Assembly (NCBI GenBank): GCA_052146735.1
Contig: JBKQMK010000202.1
Coordinates: forward strand, 4,633 to 36,632
Length of the DNA: 32,000 bases
Source: Desulfomonilaceae bacterium
GTDB lineage: Bacteria > Desulfobacterota > Desulfomonilia > Desulfomonilales > Desulfomonilaceae
Direction: 5' to 3'
A program made the translations under genes and the position numbers. The notes under the pieces were generated by a model. That model was given only the letters and a program-made list of their open reading frames with translations, was not told where the DNA came from and made no database searches. Positions 28,511 through 32,000 of the stretch are shown in pieces. Position 1 is the stretch's first letter; every line of letters starts with the position of its first letter.

Positions 28511-29560
28511 CTATACCCGGTCTTCAACCACGTGAAAGGACATCGTGCACGCTGTTACCATGCTTCTTCCGGAGAATAGCAATCCGGTCCAACCGAGTGC
28601 CTGCAAAAATAGGATCACAGCCGGGTCCCACAGTGTCGCAATGCCCATGCCCAGATTGGCGGCCGGGATCAATCGTCCCGGAGCGCTCCAGCCAACCAAC
28701 AGAAAGACATACACGATCGCCGCCATGCTCATGATCTGATAGGCGCTAACCTTGCCACCTCCCCGGTAATCGGCTCTGAGAAGCTCGGATACGGGTCTCC
28801 AAGCTTGGGTAGTTACTATCACCAGGATGAGCGCCGCAGAATAGCACCCCTTCAAGTAAAGAAAGATTGCAGCAAGGCTTACAGCCAGGTGCAATATAGC
28901 CGTGATGGCCTGTATGGGAATAACTTCGGTTCCGTCCAGACCTCCTTCGTAGGCTATCTTCTTGGTCTTACCTGAAAAGACGAAAGGATGACGACCTACG
29001 ATGCGCCGAATCCAGGGCCCACATTGAGACAAAGGTTTTCCGTAGCAACAACCGAAGCTTATACACGCCAAACGTCCTAAACCTTCTCCCAATCCGTATG
29101 ATATGGAAATGGACGCAAGTGCAGGAATCATGGGAACAGGATTCTTCCACCCAGAGGCAATGTCAACAATCCACAAAATGGCTGGAGTCACCAGAAAGCC
29201 CACAAAGGATGCGCCACCTATTGTGAGCGTGTGAGGCTTCTTCTCGACTGTCCGTGCTATGAACTTTGAGGCAGGAAGACAGACAGTGAGGACCATGCAC
29301 ATAATTATCCCTGTCACAGTCGCGGACACTCCGATTGCGCCCAACAGAATAAACGTGATCGCCGCGGCCACCATGATCGCCGCGGCACTGAAAAATCCAT
29401 AGTATGTGAAATTTAATCCTCTCCACCTGTTTCCCTCTTCTTTGGCCACAGGAATCGTTGCCATGATTTGCCATTTTTCTTGCGGCAAAGTCTGGAAAGC
29501 CCACCGGAGTACCAATGCGAAAAAGATTGCCAGGCCCAACACGAACGACTCATCTGACAT
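28511..29560 (-). CDS. Divergent prolipoprotein diacylglyceryl transferase (Lgt)-like membrane protein
   Basis: Multi-TM; YGLGEGLGRLACISFGCCYGKPLSQCG resembles the Lgt/Lgt-like G-R-x(5-8)-G-x-x-Y-G-[RK] signature. ATG 29560 preceded by AAAGGGAG. Confidence 0.7.
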   Translation of the reverse strand: MSDESFVLGLAIFFALVLRWAFQTLPQEKWQIMATIPVAKEEGNRWRGLNFTYYGFFSAAAIMVAAAITFILLGAIGVSATVTGIIMCMVLTVCLPASKFIARTVEKKPHTLTIGGASFVGFLVTPAILWIVDIASGWKNPVPMIPALASISISYGLGEGLGRLACISFGCCYGKPLSQCGPWIRRIVGRHPFVFSGKTKKIAYEGGLDGTEVIPIQAITAILHLAVSLAAIFLYLKGCYSAALILVIVTTQAWRPVSELLRADYRGGGKVSAYQIMSMAAIVYVFLLVGWSAPGRLIPAANLGMGIATLWDPAVILFLQALGWTGLLFSGRSMVTACTMSFHVVEDRV

Positions 29561-29644
29561 TCCACCACTCCCTTTAGATCGCTTTTGGCATGAAATGATT
29601 TGTGCATCCGTACGCAGCAGGCAGATCACTCAGAAGCATGTTTT

Positions 29645-30655
29645 TCACTCTCCTCGTGTAATGCTGGTGCCGATTGTAGATCGCACCTTCAAGTCGGTTT
29701 CCACCAACGGCCGGCCGAAGCCTATGGAAAACCGACTTTGCACGCCGTACAGACGCAAATTACGCAAAAGATCCTCTGCAAACTTAATCCGCCCCTGCTG
29801 AAACAAGACCACATCAGTGCTGCTACCAGGCCGATACTGGCTCTTGGGTAATCCTTTCCCCAGAAACATGCCCGGTTCCACCGGTCGTGGATTTTCGTAT
29901 CGGGTTTCGCTGTAGGCCTGAACGATGTCACCGATCATCAGAGCCACGACTTCTATCATTGCAACAAAGCCGACGCCTGTTCCGCCCTGGACGTCCGTAT
30001 CTATGATGGTGACTACGCGCCTGTTTTTTGAAAATGGCGTCACAAGAGCAACTACTGCACCAGGGTTGCAGGAATGATAGTCTCCGGGGATTTCAAATAT
30101 ATCCACCACTTGCCCGGCCACAGGTGTGTGGTTGTAATGATATTTGTCCGGTGTCAACCTGAAGACCGCAAAATCTCCATTAAGGAACGCTCTGTTCCAT
30201 TCCGGCTTGTCCCGACTGAGAAGTTCTTCAAGATCGAAAAACTTTTCTTTGAGAAACAAGCTGGAACTCTCGCTCAAAGAGCCGATTATGACCCTGGAAT
30301 CCGCCGGAGACACTACGGTCACCGGCCGTTCATCCATGGATCGGCACTCCCAATATCGGATTTGACGTTCAAAGACCTTTCTCAAGGTCGTCAAACTTTC
30401 GGGCTCAACGCATTCCGCTAGGTCTACGCCGTATTTCTTCAGTGAGGCCCCGGCCCGATTAGCGAGACGAGCATCGTATTGTATGGACGCGAGCAGCCGA
30501 GACGTGCGGGCGCTGGTGAGGGCTTTGAAAAGAAACGGAGCTCTTTCTCTGCATACTGAGTACATCAGTCGGACAGCTTTGTCTCCAATGAGCCTCTCGG
30601 TGCAAACCTTCCCGGACTCTCTGTCCACGAACTGGTGCTGCATGGCCGCGATCAT
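29645..30655 (-). CDS. psd: Phosphatidylserine decarboxylase, long/proenzyme type
   Basis: SPADSRVIIGSL..FLKEKFFDLEELL..FAVFRLTPDKYHYNHTPVAGQVVD..NPRPVEPGMFLGKG..YRPGSSTDVVLFQQGRIKFAEDL. The ORF is open to 30691; ATG 30655 has AAAGGGG upstream and lies just after the upstream gene's stop. Confidence 0.9.
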   Translation of the reverse strand: MIAAMQHQFVDRESGKVCTERLIGDKAVRLMYSVCRERAPFLFKALTSARTSRLLASIQYDARLANRAGASLKKYGVDLAECVEPESLTTLRKVFERQIRYWECRSMDERPVTVVSPADSRVIIGSLSESSSLFLKEKFFDLEELLSRDKPEWNRAFLNGDFAVFRLTPDKYHYNHTPVAGQVVDIFEIPGDYHSCNPGAVVALVTPFSKNRRVVTIIDTDVQGGTGVGFVAMIEVVALMIGDIVQAYSETRYENPRPVEPGMFLGKGLPKSQYRPGSSTDVVLFQQGRIKFAEDLLRNLRLYGVQSRFSIGFGRPLVETDLKVRSTIGTSITRGE

Positions 30656-30659
30656 ATAT

Positions 30660-32000
30660 TCACAACCCCTTTGAAGCGCAGACGCTTTCATGGTGTACGG
30701 TGACCAGAACCAGGTCGATGAGTGCCTTCAACACTTCAAGAGACGCAACATCGTTAAGCACATCATTTTGAACGGTGGTGAGAAATTCGCAGACCCCTTG
30801 GTCTTTTGTAGAATATGAAAGGGCTTCTCTATAATCTCTTGCGGATTCGGCCGAGCCCGATTCCATCGCTAGAAGATCTTCGTGCAGGAAACGCAAGGCT
30901 TCGACCATGTGCCGTTTCTTCAGGACCGTCCTATAGTAGCGTTCCGAAGCCAGGTTGAATTCATCTGCGGTCAAATTCATGGGAGAGTCCGCACCGGTGG
31001 ACTCGAGTATGCCGCTAGTCAATTTTCCTGCGGCTGAAAATTCTTGGGGATTCTCCAGCCTGGCCTTGAGATCCTCCACAGTGTCTTCCAAATGAAGAGT
31101 TTCGATCAGGTCAGACGCTTCATGCATGAGGAGATCGACCAAAGCCAGCCGATATTGTCGGTTGTACACTCTCAAGTACCCAGGATAGCGTCGACTGTAT
31201 CGCGCTCCTCTCGTGCGTTTCATGATGCTTTTCATGAACAAATTTCGAGTGTCATTGAAAATAAAAAAAGTTGGCAGTCCGATAGCGGAGCCGAAAAACA
31301 TTTGCCTGCGTTCACTTTCCGTAAAGGGGTCGTCGGGAATGTGGGAATGCGTGATCTTGCCTTGAAGCACCAATTTGTAGGCCAGAGCGGTCACCAGGGT
31401 TTGCAGATTGGTAGCATCAGCCATGTCGTGCTCGATGCTTTCAAACAGGCTGTAATGACGTCCCTCGAATCCCGAGAAGCCTACCTTTCTGAATTCTCGA
31501 AGTCGATAGAGCAGGTAGAGTGACATTTCCTGGTCAAACACGCCCAGGTCGGAGAGGTCCTTTTTTAAGCGTTCTTCATTTCCGAGTTTGCCATCAAGTG
31601 CGGGGCTTCTTTCGGTGCTCCTCAGCGTGACCAGATAGTCGAGGAGCCTGAAATCAGCGACAAAGTCCCCTTTCACCCGAAAAAGGCGGCTAATTGTTTT
31701 GTCGAGAAAATCGACGCCGAAAGGTGTCACCGGCCGACCTAATATTTTCAGCGTCGCTTTATTTTTCCACCGCCGCCAGATCATTCTCAAATGGGTGTAG
31801 TCAAGTTCGTGAGGCAAAAAGCCGAGAACCTTTTCCGGATGAAAATCTACGAAATCGAGTCTGTACGGCGCTGCGCTGTATGTCCCCACGAAGAGCGGGA
31901 GAAAGTGTTCTACTATCTTGATTACCAGGTCCCCCAAGAATTTTTCATGAGCCGCTGTGAATCCCGAAGTTTCGTCTGCGAGATGGGCTGTGAGCTTGGC
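30660..32000 (-). CDS. Uncharacterised large protein (partial, runs off right edge)
   Basis: The ORF track begins it at a TTG (31937), but the frame is open upstream to the window edge (..AKLTAHLADETSGFTAAHEKFLGDLVIKIVEHFLPLF..). No family recognised. Confidence 0.75.
   Translation of the reverse strand, partial: AKLTAHLADETSGFTAAHEKFLGDLVIKIVEHFLPLFVGTYSAAPYRLDFVDFHPEKVLGFLPHELDYTHLRMIWRRWKNKATLKILGRPVTPFGVDFLDKTISRLFRVKGDFVADFRLLDYLVTLRSTERSPALDGKLGNEERLKKDLSDLGVFDQEMSLYLLYRLREFRKVGFSGFEGRHYSLFESIEHDMADATNLQTLVTALAYKLVLQGKITHSHIPDDPFTESERRQMFFGSAIGLPTFFIFNDTRNLFMKSIMKRTRGARYSRRYPGYLRVYNRQYRLALVDLLMHEASDLIETLHLEDTVEDLKARLENPQEFSAAGKLTSGILESTGADSPMNLTADEFNLASERYYRTVLKKRHMVEALRFLHEDLLAMESGSAESARDYREALSYSTKDQGVCEFLTTVQNDVLNDVASLEVLKALIDLVLVTVHHESVCASKGL

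Overview
The window is a fragment of a bacterial chromosome; gene content and style suggest an anaerobic deltaproteobacterial or sulfate-reducer-like genome, but this is inference. From left to right it holds: (1) the N-terminal part of a molybdopterin/4Fe-4S oxidoreductase (minus strand, running off the left edge); (2) a hybrid sensor histidine kinase followed by two paralogous PstS-like secreted binding proteins, a DJ-1/PfpI protein and a canonical PstS; (3) a lipid/envelope block with a class I SAM methyltransferase, a short-type phosphatidylserine decarboxylase, a PHP-domain/GT4 glycosyltransferase fusion and a TVP38/DedA-like membrane protein; (4) a LysR regulator plus ptxABCD-like phosphite uptake/oxidation operon, in which the dehydrogenase keeps every PtxD active-site residue I can recall at identical numbering, and in which lysR and the operon share a duplicated ~101-bp upstream region containing a LysR-type dyad; (5) an unusual minus-strand-dominated cluster (about 20.8-28.2 kb) with a P2-like cation P-type ATPase carrying a CxxC-less HMA-like N-domain, ATGA-coupled to a MetK paralog whose methionine-binding residues look replaced, two more CxxC-less HMA-like proteins, two paralogous small glycine/alanine-rich membrane proteins, and very small membrane-associated ORFs; (6) a second lipid module with a long-type phosphatidylserine decarboxylase, a divergent Lgt-like membrane protein and a large uncharacterised protein running off the right edge. 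The strongest candidate for a poorly described system is item 5; the clearest functional identification is item 4. No CRISPR array, tRNA or rRNA was recognised.
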